64,000 bases of DNA, from contig CAWHHI010000020.1 in the NCBI GenBank assembly GCA_963829055.1, positions 512,001-576,000 on the forward strand, read 5' to 3'. Origin of the DNA: an uncultured Gemmatimonadaceae bacterium (GTDB lineage Bacteria > Gemmatimonadota > Gemmatimonadetes > Gemmatimonadales > Gemmatimonadaceae). Position numbers and translations under genes: made by a program. The notes beneath the pieces were generated by a model. It made no database searches, was not told where the DNA came from, and saw nothing but the letters and a program-made list of their open reading frames with translations. Positions 10,952-22,264 of the stretch are shown here, piece by piece. Numbering within the stretch: the first letter of the stretch is position 1; every line of letters begins with the position of its first letter.

Positions 10952-13828
10952 GCGAGCGTCCAGGAAGTGCCGAAGGTGGCCCGTCGTCCCTCGGTGCGCT
11001 CAACGACTGGGCGCGGATCGAGCCACTCATCGACGCGGTGCTCGACGCGCCACCGGATCGGCGGGACGTGGTCGCCCGGGAACTGAGCGGCGGCGACGAC
11101 GCCGTGTACGCCCGGCTGCAGGGTCTGGCCGCCGATTGTGCGAAAGACCACCGCCTTCTGGACCGACCGGCGGCCGAGCGCTTCGCGTCATTGTTCGATC
11201 CGGACCCGTTCCCCATTCCGGAGACGCACCTGACCGACCGCCTCTCGGCCGCAGTTGCGGACCGCTACCGGATCGAGCGCGAGCTCGGCTCGGGCGGTAT
11301 GGCGACCGTCTACCTGGCGCAGGATCTCAAGCACGACCGCAAGGTCGCGCTCAAGGTCTTGAAACCCGAGCTGGCCGCCGTGTTAGGCGCCGAGCGGTTC
11401 GTGGTCGAGATCAAGACGACCGCGGCGCTGCAGCACCCGCAGATCCTGCCGCTCTTCGATAGTGGCACCGCCGACGGATTTCTCTATTACGTCATGCCGT
11501 TCATCGACGGCGAGACGCTGCGCGCGAAGCTCGATCGGGAGAAGCAGCTGAGCGTCGGCGAGGCCGTGAAGATCACCACCGAGGTTGCCAACGCCCTGGA
11601 TTACGCCCACCGCCACGGCGTGGTCCACCGCGACATCAAGCCGGAGAACATCCTGCTCCACGAGGGCCGGCCGGTGGTGGCCGACTTCGGCATCGCGCTG
11701 GCCGTGAGCGCGGCAGCGGGCGGCAGGATGACGGAGCCGGGCCTGTCGTTAGGCACGCCGCACTACATGAGCCCCGAGCAGGCGACGGCGGAGCAAGGAG
11801 ATCACCGCGCGCTCCGACATCTACTCGCTCGCGAGCGTGCTCTACGAGATGCTCACCGGCGAGCCACCCCACCACGGCGGATCGGCGCAGCAGATCATCA
11901 TGAAGATCGTCACCGAGGAAGCGCAGCCGCTGACCCGGCGGCGCAAGTCGGTGCCGACGAATGTCGAGGCCGCGGTGGCACAGGCACTCGAAAAGCTTCC
12001 CGCCGACCGGTTCGAGACCGCAGCGAAGTTCGCGGAAGCGCTGAGAGATCCACATTTCACGACGCGTACCGACTCAGCCACGTGCCGTTAGGCAGGGCGC
12101 AGCACGCACGCCGCCCGTCGCGCGGTGGCTCGTTGGACTTGGACTCCTCGCGGCAGGGCGCCGTTGGCTGGGTGCTCCACCCACGCGGGGCCAGCCTGCC
12201 AGCCCCGGTGACGCACCTCACGATTCCGGTCCCGGGCGGCCTCGATGGAGAGGGCATCTTCCCGATGCTCGCCGTCTCGCCAGATGGCCGCTCCGTTGTC
12301 TACTTCCAGGGTGGCACCCTGTACAGGCAACGATTGGAGCGCGATGCACCCGAATCGCTCGCCACCTTCGCGATGGGCTGCTGCCCGCAGTTCGCGGAGG
12401 GCGGACGGTCGGTGCTGGTCGGTAACGCCACTCGCTTCGGGGGTGAATTGCGAATGGTGGCACTCTCCGGCGGACCGATCGTGAATGTCGCATCTCGACC
12501 GCTCGGAGAGGACATCATCAGCTCGGAATGGTTGCGCCCAGGCGTCTTCCGCCGCCACGCCGGCGACACCGCGTGGAAGCTCATCACGAAGCCGGACTCC
12601 GGAGGCGCGGTGGCCGCGTACATGTGGCCGCAGCTCCTCGAAGGTGGCCAGTCCGTGCTCTACACGATCATGGGGCCGAGCGGGATGTGGCACGACTCCA
12701 GGATCGTGCTCGAGGACCTAACGAGCGGCGAGCGCACGACCGTCGCGAGCGAGGGCACGTATGGCCGATACGTTCCGACGGGTCACGTGGTCTACATCCG
12801 CGACGATGGCACGGTGGAGGCGGTCCCATTCGACCTCCGTCGGCGGCGCGTGACCGGACGTGCATTCACGGTCGTCGAAGGCGTTCAGACCGGGTATTGG
12901 GGAGGCGCCGGCTCGTTCGCCATCTCCGACTCCGGGACATTCGCGTACGTCCGCGGATCGAACTGGCAACTGCATCAGCTGACGTGGGTCGACCGGCAGG
13001 GGAAGGTGGTGGGCCATGTCGGCGAACCGATCACCGCGGAGGGCGTGAGACTCTCACCCGACGAACGCTACGTCGTGACGTACGTGGCGTCGCCCAACGC
13101 GGATATCGCGCGGTTCGATGTCGCGACGGGCGAGCAACGCCGCCTGACGTTCGATCCGAAGACCGAGGACATTCCAGTGTGGTCCCGCGACGGGCGGCGC
13201 GTGGCGTACCGGCTCATCATGGGGGCGAACGACAACCGTATCGTGATGCGGGCGGCTGACGGACAGGGCGCGGTCGAGCACGTTGTATGCCCCACACCAT
13301 GGCGGGACGGTCCTTCCGCTCGACTTTACCCCGGACGACTCGGCGCTCGCACTCGAGGACGATGGATTGCTCATACTCCACCTCGCGAGCCAGCGCGTGG
13401 ACACGGTGAGCCGGAGCCGGAAGAGACAGGCTCAGTTCTCTCCCGATGGGCGTTGGCTGGCGTACACGGCGGAGGATACCGGACGGGAAGAAGTGTACGT
13501 CATCGCCTATCCGGCCCTCACCGGCAAGCAGCAGATCTCGACGACGGGCGGCCGGACTCCGGTGTGGTCGGCGCGAAGCGGAGAGCTGTTCTTTCTGAAG
13601 AACGACACCGTGATGGCGACGTCGGTGTCCACGCAGCCCAGCCTGGAGTGGACGACGCCACGAGCGCTGTTCGCACGACCAGATCTGGCGGCACTCGATT
13701 ATGGGTTCTCCGTATCGGCCGACGGGCGTCGGTTTCTGTACCCCGCCCGAAACCCCGACGCAGCGCCTCGGGAGATACACGTCGTCCTGAACTGGTTCGA
13801 GGAGCTGAAGGCCAGGGGCGCTCCGTGA
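10948..13828 (+). CDS. Hanks-type Ser/Thr kinase + TM + TolB-like (PD40) propeller; frameshifts near 11796, 12075-12160 and 13290
   Basis: GSGGMATVY, VALK, HRDIKPEN, DFG, YMSPEQ; SPDG repeats; ends VVLNWFEELK. Confidence 0.85.
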
Positions 13829-14171
13829 CGGCGACCGTCAGGGCCGACGCGACCTGTACTCGTTAGGCTGCGTCCGAACACGGCCCCGCCGAGAACCGCG
13901 ACCGCGCGATTCGTCCGGACCAGATCGGCCAGGGGTCGCGACGTGTTCGCTCGACCTGGCATGCCAACATTGGCCTCGCCGCGCCACGCCAAGCTACGGA
14001 CGATTCATGACGTCAGGCCACGGCACCGTGCGCCGAGCGTCGCCGGGCAGCCCATAGTGCGCATTCGGCCGGAGTTTCCTAAGTTCTCACAACGGAGGGC
14101 CGGCGCTCGTTGAGCGGCGACGGCCCCGCCGCACCCCTCGAAGATCCTCGTTCGGCACGCACACGAAAGCT

Positions 14172-16457
14172 CTACGCGGGCGACGGCCGAGAGTCCACCG
14201 CAGGCCTGAGAACACGGGCGAAGCGCGACTCGCCACGCAGCGGATCGAACACCGGTCGGACCGCGATCCACGGCAGGTCGGTGGCGCGCACCCGCCGCGC
14301 GGCGTCGAGTGCGTCGAGCGCCCGCTCGTGCTCGCCCAAAGCCGTGTGGACCTGCGCCAAAAGCACCGGCGAAACGTAGCCGCCCCTCGCGCGCTGCTCG
14401 AGCGACGCGAGAGCCTCGCGCGCCCGGCGCTCGTCCAGCCGGACGAGCGTGACTCCCGAGGCGGCGGTGACCTCTGCGCTCTCCCCCATCAGCCCAGCGG
14501 CGTCGCGCAGGTGCGCCAGCGCGGCGGCGTCGTCCCCAACCTCCCGGCGCGCGCAGCCGAGGAAGTAATGCGCCATGCCGAACCGCGGGTTGCCCTCGAT
14601 GATCGCGCCGAGCCTCGCAATCGCCTCATGGAAGTCGCGCTCGTAATAGCGCATGACTCCCTCACTCAGCGCCACCACAGGTGACAGCGGGTCCAGCTCT
14701 CGCGCGCGGGCGAGCTGCTCCCGGCCCTCGCTAAAGCGGCCGAGTGGCACGAGGAAGTTGGTCGCGTACCATTGCGCCGGCGTCGGCATCTGCCGGTTCG
14801 ACTCGATCGCCGCGCGAAAGTCGGCTTCCGCCTCGGGCCACTTCCAGTCGAAGAGTGCCAGCACGCAGGCACGGGCAGAGAGCGCACCCTCGTGCCGCGG
14901 GTCGCGCGCCAGAGCGCGCTCAGCCGCCTGGCGCGCGGATGGCATCTCGACGTCAGGCGCCGCAACCCCGTAAATAGCCCTCGTCACATGCAACTCGGCG
15001 AGCGCCGCGAGGGCCGGGACGAACCCGGAGTCGAGTTCGAGCGCTTCCTGCAGGAGAGTGAGGCTGCGGCCGAGGCCAGCACTCGTGCGCCGATTCCACT
15101 CGTATCGCGCCTCGAGGTAGCGCTCGTAGGCAGCCACGTTATTCGTGCGCGACTCGACCAGCGGCGCTTCCGGCGTGAGCAACTGCACCCTGAGCGCGTC
15201 GACGATCGAGCGCGCGATCTCGTCCTGCACGTCGAATACGTCGGTCAACGCGCGGTCATACCGCTCCGTCCAGCGCTCGAAGCCGGTCGCTACGTCGATG
15301 AGCTGCACGGTGATCCGCAGTCGATTCCCTGAGCGCCGCAGGCTCCCTTCCAAGACAGTGCCGACCTGGAGCTGGCGGCCAATGGCGCGGACGTCCTCCG
15401 TGCGGCCCTTGAACGCGAACGCCAATGTGCGCGCCACGACCCGCAGGCCATCGAGCTTCGCCAGCGCGTGGATCAGCTCCTCGGTGATCCCGTCGCTCAG
15501 GAACTCGTTCTCCGCGTCGGCATTGTGATTGGCGAGCGGCAGCACCGCGATGGAAGGGGTGGATGCCGGGCGCGGTGCCCCGACACGCACAGTCCTCGAC
15601 GGGCGCTCACCGTCGCCTAACGCTCGCAGGAACTCCTCGACCGAGGAGTAGCGTGCGTCCGGGTCCCGCGAGAGGGCGCGGGCGATCGCCTCCTCGACGT
15701 GCCCTGGGATGGCGATCTCTCCCGACGATGAGAGCCGCGGGGCGGGTTCGCTCATCTTGCGCATCAGCGTGGCCATCGCCGTGCCGCCGCTGAACGGCGG
15801 CGTCCCGGCCAGCATCTCGTAGAGCACGCAGGCGAGACTGTAGATGTCGCTCCGGAAGTCGGTAACGCGCTCGCCTAACGCCTGCTCGGGGCTGATGTAA
15901 TGTGGGGTGCCCAGGCCAAACCCCGTCTGCGTCAGCCGCTCGGTATCGGCCGCGTCCAGGGCAGAGGCGATGCCGAAGTCGGCAACCATGGCGTGCCCCG
16001 ACGAGAAGAGAACGTTTTCCGGTTTCACGTCCCAATGGACGATCCCCCGTCCATGCGCGAATGCGAGCGCGTCACCGATCTCCGTGGTAATGCGCAGCGC
16101 CTCCTCGAGCTCCAACATGCCGTCGCGCCGGAGGCGGCTCCGCAGGGTGTCGCCCTCGATGTACGGCATGACGTAGAAGATCACCCCGTCGGCGTTCCCG
16201 GAGTCGTAGACCGGAAGGATGTTCGGGTGCTGGAGCTGGGCGGCGATCCGGATCTCACGCAGGAAGCGCTCGGCGCCGACATCGGTCGCGGTCTCGGGCC
16301 TGAGGAACTTGACCGCGACCGCGCGAGCGTGCTTCACATCCGAGGCTCGGTAGACGTACGCCATCCCGCCGCTGCCGATGGCACGCTCGATCACGTAGTG
16401 CGTGCCGAACGCCGCGCCGAAGCGGTCGAGGAAATCAGCGATCCACGGATCGGTCAT
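14172..16457 (-). CDS. Ser/Thr kinase + TolB-N-like domain + TPR repeats
   Basis: GSGGMA, HWDVKPEN, DFG, SIAVLPL...DGITEELI, LEGSLRRSGNRLRI, TPR-like C-terminus. Confidence 0.9.
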   Translation of the reverse strand: MTDPWIADFLDRFGAAFGTHYVIERAIGSGGMAYVYRASDVKHARAVAVKFLRPETATDVGAERFLREIRIAAQLQHPNILPVYDSGNADGVIFYVMPYIEGDTLRSRLRRDGMLELEEALRITTEIGDALAFAHGRGIVHWDVKPENVLFSSGHAMVADFGIASALDAADTERLTQTGFGLGTPHYISPEQALGERVTDFRSDIYSLACVLYEMLAGTPPFSGGTAMATLMRKMSEPAPRLSSSGEIAIPGHVEEAIARALSRDPDARYSSVEEFLRALGDGERPSRTVRVGAPRPASTPSIAVLPLANHNADAENEFLSDGITEELIHALAKLDGLRVVARTLAFAFKGRTEDVRAIGRQLQVGTVLEGSLRRSGNRLRITVQLIDVATGFERWTERYDRALTDVFDVQDEIARSIVDALRVQLLTPEAPLVESRTNNVAAYERYLEARYEWNRRTSAGLGRSLTLLQEALELDSGFVPALAALAELHVTRAIYGVAAPDVEMPSARQAAERALARDPRHEGALSARACVLALFDWKWPEAEADFRAAIESNRQMPTPAQWYATNFLVPLGRFSEGREQLARARELDPLSPVVALSEGVMRYYERDFHEAIARLGAIIEGNPRFGMAHYFLGCARREVGDDAAALAHLRDAAGLMGESAEVTAASGVTLVRLDERRAREALASLEQRARGGYVSPVLLAQVHTALGEHERALDALDAARRVRATDLPWIAVRPVFDPLRGESRFARVLRPAVDSRPSPA

Positions 16458-16605
16458 GGCATGTCATCATACGGGCGCTCTCGGGCTCGAGCCAGCGCGA
16501 TCGGCCGGTGTCGACTGTGCCCGCGCGCAGCACAACGAGCCACTTGACCACCCTTCCCCAGAACGCTACGGTGCCCGCTAGCTACGCGTAGGAGGCCCCA
16601 ACCGA

Positions 16606-19600
16606 ATGCAGTGCCCTCGCTGCCAGCAAGCCAACGAAGCCGGCGCCAAGTTCTGCGAGCAATGCGCCGCGCCACTCTCGCGGGCGTGCGGGCGGTGCGG
16701 GCATCCGCTCTCGGCGACGTCCAAGTTCTGTCCCGAATGCGCTCACCCCACGAGCCTGGCGCCAGCCGGCCCGCCAGCCCGACGCTTCGCCGCTCCCGAG
16801 GACTACACGCCCAGGCATCTGGCCGAGCGGATCCTCCGCTCCAGAGACGCGCTGACGGGCGAGCGCAAGCAAGTGACGGTGCTGTTCGCCGACCTCAAGG
16901 GCTCGATGGAGCTGCTGGCCGATCGCGATCCGGAGGAGGCCCGCGCGCTTCTCGATCCGGTGCTCGAGCGGATGATGGACGCCGTACACCGCTACGAGGG
17001 CACGGTGAACCAGGTCATGGGCGACGGCATCATGGCGCTGTTCGGCGCGCCGCTCGCCCACGAGGATCACGCCGTGCGCGCGTGCTACGCCGCGCTCGAT
17101 CTGCAGGCGGCGATGCGCCGCTACGCCGAGGATGCGCGCCGGGACTTCGGCGTCGAGCCGCGAGTGCGCATCGGCTTGAACTCCGGCGAGGTGGTCGTGC
17201 GCGCCATCGGCAGCGACCTGCACATGGACTACTCCGCGATCGGCCAGACCACGCATCTGGCCGCCCGGATGGAACAGCTCGCCGCGCCGGGTAGCATCCG
17301 GGTCACCGCCGACACGCTGCGGCTGGCCGAGGGGTACGTGGAGGCGAAGTCCCTCGGCCCCGTGCCGGTCAAGGGGCTCGAGACGCCGATCGAGGTCTAC
17401 GACCTCGTCGGCGCCGACCCGCAGGGCTCCCGCCTGCACGCGTCCGTCGGCTCGCGGACTGACGCGATTCGTCGGGCGCGATCGGGAGCTCGACGCCCTC
17501 GCCGACGGGCTCGCGCGCGCCGCAGCCGGGCACGGCCAGGTCGTGGCCGTCGTCGGCGAGCCCGGTGTCGGCAAGTCGCGCCTGGTCTGGGAGGTGAGCC
17601 ACTCGTCCCGCGCCGACGGCTGGCGGGTTCTCCACGCGCGCTCGGTCTCCTACGGCAAGGCCATGCCGTACCTGCCGATCATCGACCTGCTCAAGGGCTA
17701 CTTTCAGATCGAGGAGCGCGACGACGCGCGCGCGATTCGCGAGAAGGTCACGGGCCGGCTGCTGACGCTCGACCGCGCGATGGAGCCGGCATTGTCGCCG
17801 ATCCTGGCTCTGCTGGACGCCTCGCCGGACGACGCCGAGTGGCAGAACCTGGATCCGCCGCAGCGGCGCCGGCGCACCCTGGAGGCGGTCAAGCGCCTCC
17901 TGCTGCGCGAGAGCCATGTGCAGCCGCTCCTGCTGGTGTTCGAGGACCTCCACTGGATCGACAACGAGACGCAGGCCTTCCTCGACGGCCTCGTGGACAG
18001 CGCACCCACCGCGCGCGTGCTGCTGCTCGTCGACGTACCGACCCGAATACCAGCACGGGTGGGGGAGCAAGACGTACTACACGCAGCTGCGGCTGGACCC
18101 GTTGCCTCCGGACAGTGCCGAGCGAGCTGCTCGGCGCCGTGCTCGGGAGCGACGCGGGCGTGCGGTCGCTCGCCCCGCTGCTCATCGCCCGCACCCAGGG
18201 CAATCCCTTCTTCCTCGAGGAAAGCCTTCGCGCGCTCGTGGAGACCGGCGTGCTCGCCGGTGAACGCGGCGCGTACCGCCTAACGAGGGCGGTGGGCGCC
18301 GTGGCGGTGCCCGCGACCGTCCAGGCGGTCCTGGCGGCGCGGATCGACCGGCTCCCGCCGGAGCAGAAGGCGCTGCTACAGATGGCGTCCGTGATCGGGA
18401 GGGACGTGCCGTTCGCGCTCCTGCGGGCGATCGCAGACCACGACGAGTACGATCTGCGCGGCGCCCTGGCCGATCTCCAGGCCGCCGAGTTCCTCTACGA
18501 GGCGCGGCTCTTTCCCGATCTCGAGTACACGTTCAAGCACGCGCTGACCCACGAGGTGGCGTACGCCAGCCTCCTCCACGAGCGGCGCCGGACCCTGCAC
18601 GGCCGCCTCGTCGCCGCGATCGAGGAGCTCTATGCCGACCGTCTGGCCGAGCAGATCGACAGCCTCGCGCACCATGCGTTCCGCGGAGGGGTGTGGGACA
18701 AGGCCGTGTCCTACCTGCGCGAGGCCGGCGCCCGCGCGCTGGGCCGCTCGGCGAACCGCGAGGCGGCGGCGTACTTCGAGCAGGCGGTCGCCGCGGTCGA
18801 GCGCTTGCCCCGGGACGCGGACGCGATCCGGACCTCCATCGACCTGCGCGTGCAACTGCGGACGTCACTGTATCCACTCGGCGAGGACGATGATCGGATC
18901 ATCGAGCACCTGCGCGTCGGCGAGCGACTGGCCGCCGAGCTCGGCGACAACCGCCTGCGGTCCCGGATGATCGCGTTCCAGGCGCACATCGCGTGGTCGA
19001 CGAGCGACCCGATGCGCGCGATCGCGCTGTCCGAGCAAGCGCTCGCCCACGCGGAAGGCGAGTCGGACCTCGGGTTGACGGTGCTGGCGTCGTTCTTCCT
19101 CGGGCAGGCATGCCACTCCCACGGCGACTACCAGCGCGGCATCGCGGTGCTCACTGCCAATATCGATCGCCTGTCCCCCGACATGCTCGGCGAGCGATTC
19201 GGAATGGGACTGCCGGCGTCGGTGGTCACGCGGGTGTGGCTCGCGTTCTGCCTCGCCTACGTCGGGCGCTTCGGCGAGGCTCGCGCGCGCGCCGACGAGG
19301 CGGGGCAGATCACCCGGGCACTGGGGCCGCGGCCGTACACCGATTTTCATTCGCTGGTGGCCGCGGGGCTTGTCTCCTCCATGCAGGGCGATCCCGCGTC
19401 CGCGATCCCGAGCCTGGAGGGCGCGCTCGAGGTGGCGCGCCACGGCAATCTCAACCTCATGGTCAGTGCCGCGCTCGGCTGGCTCGCCCACGGCTACCTG
19501 GTCGGCGGGCGCCCGTCGGACGCCGTCGTCGCGCTGGAGGAGTCGTTGTCCCAGAAGGCCGAACTCAGGTTCGGCGCGTTTCACCACCACAGCCTGGCCC

Positions 19601-19986
19601 TGCTCGCCGAGGCCCAGCTCCAGGTGGGGAACGTGATCGAGGCGGAACGCCTGGCCGGGCAGGCGGTAGAGGGGTGCCGGCGCCAGCACCAGCGCGGGTG
19701 GGAGGCCGACAGCCTGCGCGTGCTCGCCGAGACCGCCGCGCATCCGAACCGCCTCGCGCCCGAAAAGGCTGCCGCCGGCTACCGAGACGCCTTGGCCCTC
19801 GCCAGTGAGCTCGGCATGCGGCCGCTCGTCGCGCACTGCCGGCTCGGCCTGGGCAACCTCTGCCGCCTAACGGGCGACCGCAGTCAGGCCCGCGAGCACC
19901 TCGCGGCGGCGAGCGAGATGTACGACGAGATGGACATGCCGTCGTGGCGAGGCCAGGTCGCGGTGGCCCTGCGGGACGTCACGTGA
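16606..19986 (+). CDS. Double zinc ribbon + class III adenylate/guanylate cyclase + AAA/STAND ATPase + TPR; frameshifts near 17450, 18035 and 18122
   Basis: Four CxxC, FADLKGS, GDGIMALFGAP; Walker A GEPGVGKS and FEDLHW in frame 17543..18283; GNPFFLEE, FKHALT. Confidence 0.85.
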   Translation: MQCPRCQQANEAGAKFCEQCAAPLSRACGRCGHPLSATSKFCPECAHPTSLAPAGPPARRFAAPEDYTPRHLAERILRSRDALTGERKQVTVLFADLKGSMELLADRDPEEARALLDPVLERMMDAVHRYEGTVNQVMGDGIMALFGAPLAHEDHAVRACYAALDLQAAMRRYAEDARRDFGVEPRVRIGLNSGEVVVRAIGSDLHMDYSAIGQTTHLAARMEQLAAPGSIRVTADTLRLAEGYVEAKSLGPVPVKGLETPIEVYDLVGADPQGSRLHASVGSRTDAIRRARSGARRPRRRARARRSRARPGRGRRRRARCRQVAPGLGGEPLVPRRRLAGSPRALGLLRQGHAVPADHRPAQGLLSDRGARRRARDSREGHGPAADARPRDGAGIVADPGSAGRLAGRRRVAEPGSAAAAPAHPGGGQAPPAAREPCAAAPAGVRGPPLDRQRDAGLPRRPRGQRTHRARAAARRRTDPNTSTGGGARRTTRSCGWTRCLRTVPSELLGAVLGSDAGVRSLAPLLIARTQGNPFFLEESLRALVETGVLAGERGAYRLTRAVGAVAVPATVQAVLAARIDRLPPEQKALLQMASVIGRDVPFALLRAIADHDEYDLRGALADLQAAEFLYEARLFPDLEYTFKHALTHEVAYASLLHERRRTLHGRLVAAIEELYADRLAEQIDSLAHHAFRGGVWDKAVSYLREAGARALGRSANREAAAYFEQAVAAVERLPRDADAIRTSIDLRVQLRTSLYPLGEDDDRIIEHLRVGERLAAELGDNRLRSRMIAFQAHIAWSTSDPMRAIALSEQALAHAEGESDLGLTVLASFFLGQACHSHGDYQRGIAVLTANIDRLSPDMLGERFGMGLPASVVTRVWLAFCLAYVGRFGEARARADEAGQITRALGPRPYTDFHSLVAAGLVSSMQGDPASAIPSLEGALEVARHGNLNLMVSAALGWLAHGYLVGGRPSDAVVALEESLSQKAELRFGAFHHHSLALLAEAQLQVGNVIEAERLAGQAVEGCRRQHQRGWEADSLRVLAETAAHPNRLAPEKAAAGYRDALALASELGMRPLVAHCRLGLGNLCRLTGDRSQAREHLAAASEMYDEMDMPSWRGQVAVALRDVT

Positions 19987-19999
19987 TGGGTCGGGAGGC

Positions 20000-21380
20000 T
20001 CAGAGGAACTCGAAGAACTCGGCGCGCTCCCAGTCCGACACCGAGTCACCGAAGGCGCTCGAGTCATAGTCGGCAACGGCTGCCCGGGCCTTCGCGACCT
20101 CGTGGCGCTTGACCGCCAGGAAGAGCTTGACGAACTCCTCGCCTAACGCGGCGCGCAGCGCTCCGTCGGCCTCGAACGCGTCGAGCGCGTCCTCGAGGCG
20201 CCGCGGCAGCGCGGTGACCCCGGGCAGGTCCCAGGCGATACCCCGCGCCTCGGTGGTCGGCTCGATCTTGTTCGCCAGCCCGTCGATGCCCGCCGCCAGC
20301 ACGCCCGCCATCACCAGGTAGGGGTTGGCGCTGCCGCATGGGATTCGGTTCTCGATGTGCGCGTTGCCGTTGTCGAGGTCCTTGATCCGGAACGCCGCGC
20401 TCCGGTTCTCCACGCCCCAGGTGATATTCGTCGGCGCCATCGAGTAGACCTTGTAGCGCTTGCCGCAGTTCACCGTGGGCGCGGCCAGCGCGGTCAGCGC
20501 CGTCGCGTGGGCCATCTGGCCACCCAGCCACCATCGGGCGACGTCGGTCAGCGTGCCGGACCGTCCGGCAAAGGCGTTGCGCCCCCGCTTCACGTCGAGC
20601 AGGCTCTGATGGTAGTGGCAGCCGTTGGCCGACTGGTCGGCATAGGGCTTCGTCATGAACGACGCCATGTAGCCCTGGCGCTGGGCGATCTCTTTCACGC
20701 CGGTCTTGAAGGTAAAGGCGTGGTCCGCGGCGTCGATGCCGATCGCCGGCGCGAAGTTGATCTCGAACTGTCCGCGGCCGGACTCGGCGTTGGCGGTGAT
20801 GACGTCCACGCCCGATTGCGATCATCCCGCGCACGACCTCGAACACGAACGCCTCGTCGAAGGCGTTGCGGATGGTGGAGAACATCTGCACCCCCGGAAA
20901 GACCGGCTGCCGGGTGGCGCGGTCGACCAGGTAGAACTCGTACTCGAAGCCGGAGAGGAGGCGATAGCCCATGGCCTCGAGCTGCTCGAGGAGGGCGCGC
21001 GCCACCGCGCGGGGCGCGGCCATCGCCGGCCGGCCGTCCAAGTGATACGGCTCGCACAGCAGCCGCGCCGTCCTGTCGGCCCACGGCAGCACGCGATAGG
21101 TGCTGAGGTCGGGACGGATCCTGGCGTCGGCGTAGCCGACTTCCTCGAGGTACCCAGTCCCGGTGGGGATGCCGAACTGCGCGTCGACGCCGAGCAGCCC
21201 GAGCACGAAGTTGAGACCGGACTCCGCGAAGTGCCGCACGTGGCGGGCGGGGACGATCTTCGACCGGGCGATCCCGTGCGTGTCGGACTGCTCGAAGCGG
21301 ACGAAGTCGACCTTGTCGGCCGCGATGCGGCGCTCGAGGGCGTCCAGGGGATCGGCAGCGCGCCGGCGGCGAACGGGCAT
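20000..21380 (-). CDS. Glutamine synthetase-family protein (GS I-like, possibly a gamma-glutamyl-amine ligase); frameshift near 20812
   Basis: DTHGIARSK, GFEYEFY, ESGRGQFEIN, FMTKP, NGCHYHQS, ENRSAAFR, IENR, ANPYL. Confidence 0.85.
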
Positions 21381-22144
21381 GGGGCCTCCTATCACCAGGG
21401 CTGCCGGGTACTGTGGGCACCCGGCCGGGGCAAGTCAAGGCGAGGAACAGCGGCGGGCTCACGCTGCCACGGCGATCAAAGCGAAGACCCGCGTAGGCGG
21501 CTACTTGGTCGACCCTTTCTCCGCGCCGTGCAACGGGGACACAGCGGGAAAGTTACCTAACGAGACCTGCCCCAGATGGAAGATGAAGCAGGACGCCACC
21601 GATCAGCTGTTCCGGGGCGAGCCGTTCCGGATCGTGATGCGGAAGGCGCTCGCCACTTAGCAGCTGCGGCCGCCGGATCGCGGGGCGTCCCGCTCCCAGG
21701 CGGCTCCGGTTCGCCAGTGGGGAACGGGAACATTCAGGTGCGTCCGTAGCACTGTGTCTCGCGGGAGCGCGTGAGGAGGTTCGCGCCCCTGCCACCGCGC
21801 TGCCAACGAACCGGCGCCACGTTGGCGCCGCCGGAGTGCACGCGGGTCGCCGGCCGCGCCTGTTGTACCGTAGTCGCCGCGGCCAATGGCAGCGCGCTAG
21901 GCAGGCCGACCGGCCGGGCCGCCGGGCGGGTCAGAGGGGGATCAGCGTCACGGGCTCGACGTCGAACACGATTGTGCCGTCCGGCCAGATCCGTCACACC
22001 GAAAGCGATGGCCGCGTTAGGGTTGCCGGAGTTGTGACGGATGTCACGGATAGAATACCGGGAGAACGGCCCCGGTCACCTCCGGCTTCTTTCGCTTTGT
22101 TCGCATCCCGTAGACCTCGGTGATAACCCCGGAGACGGTGGACA

Positions 22145-22264
22145 ATAAACCGCATTGGAGTCGTGGGAATAGTCGCGCTGCTGCTAACCGGCTGCGCCAC
22201 TGGAATCATCGGACGAACACAGCAAGTGGCGCTCGTCTCGGCGCGGCTTGTCGTCCCTCCATGA
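22145..22264 (+). pseudogene. Truncated lipoprotein relic
   Basis: Reads (ATA)NRIGVVGIVALLLTGCATGIIGRTQQVALVS...stop: intact lipobox, no ATG, early stop, lower-GC context. Confidence 0.35.

Noticed and set aside
21420..22030. Short ORFs after the GS-like gene
   Set aside because: No convincing start or domain; at most gene fragments.
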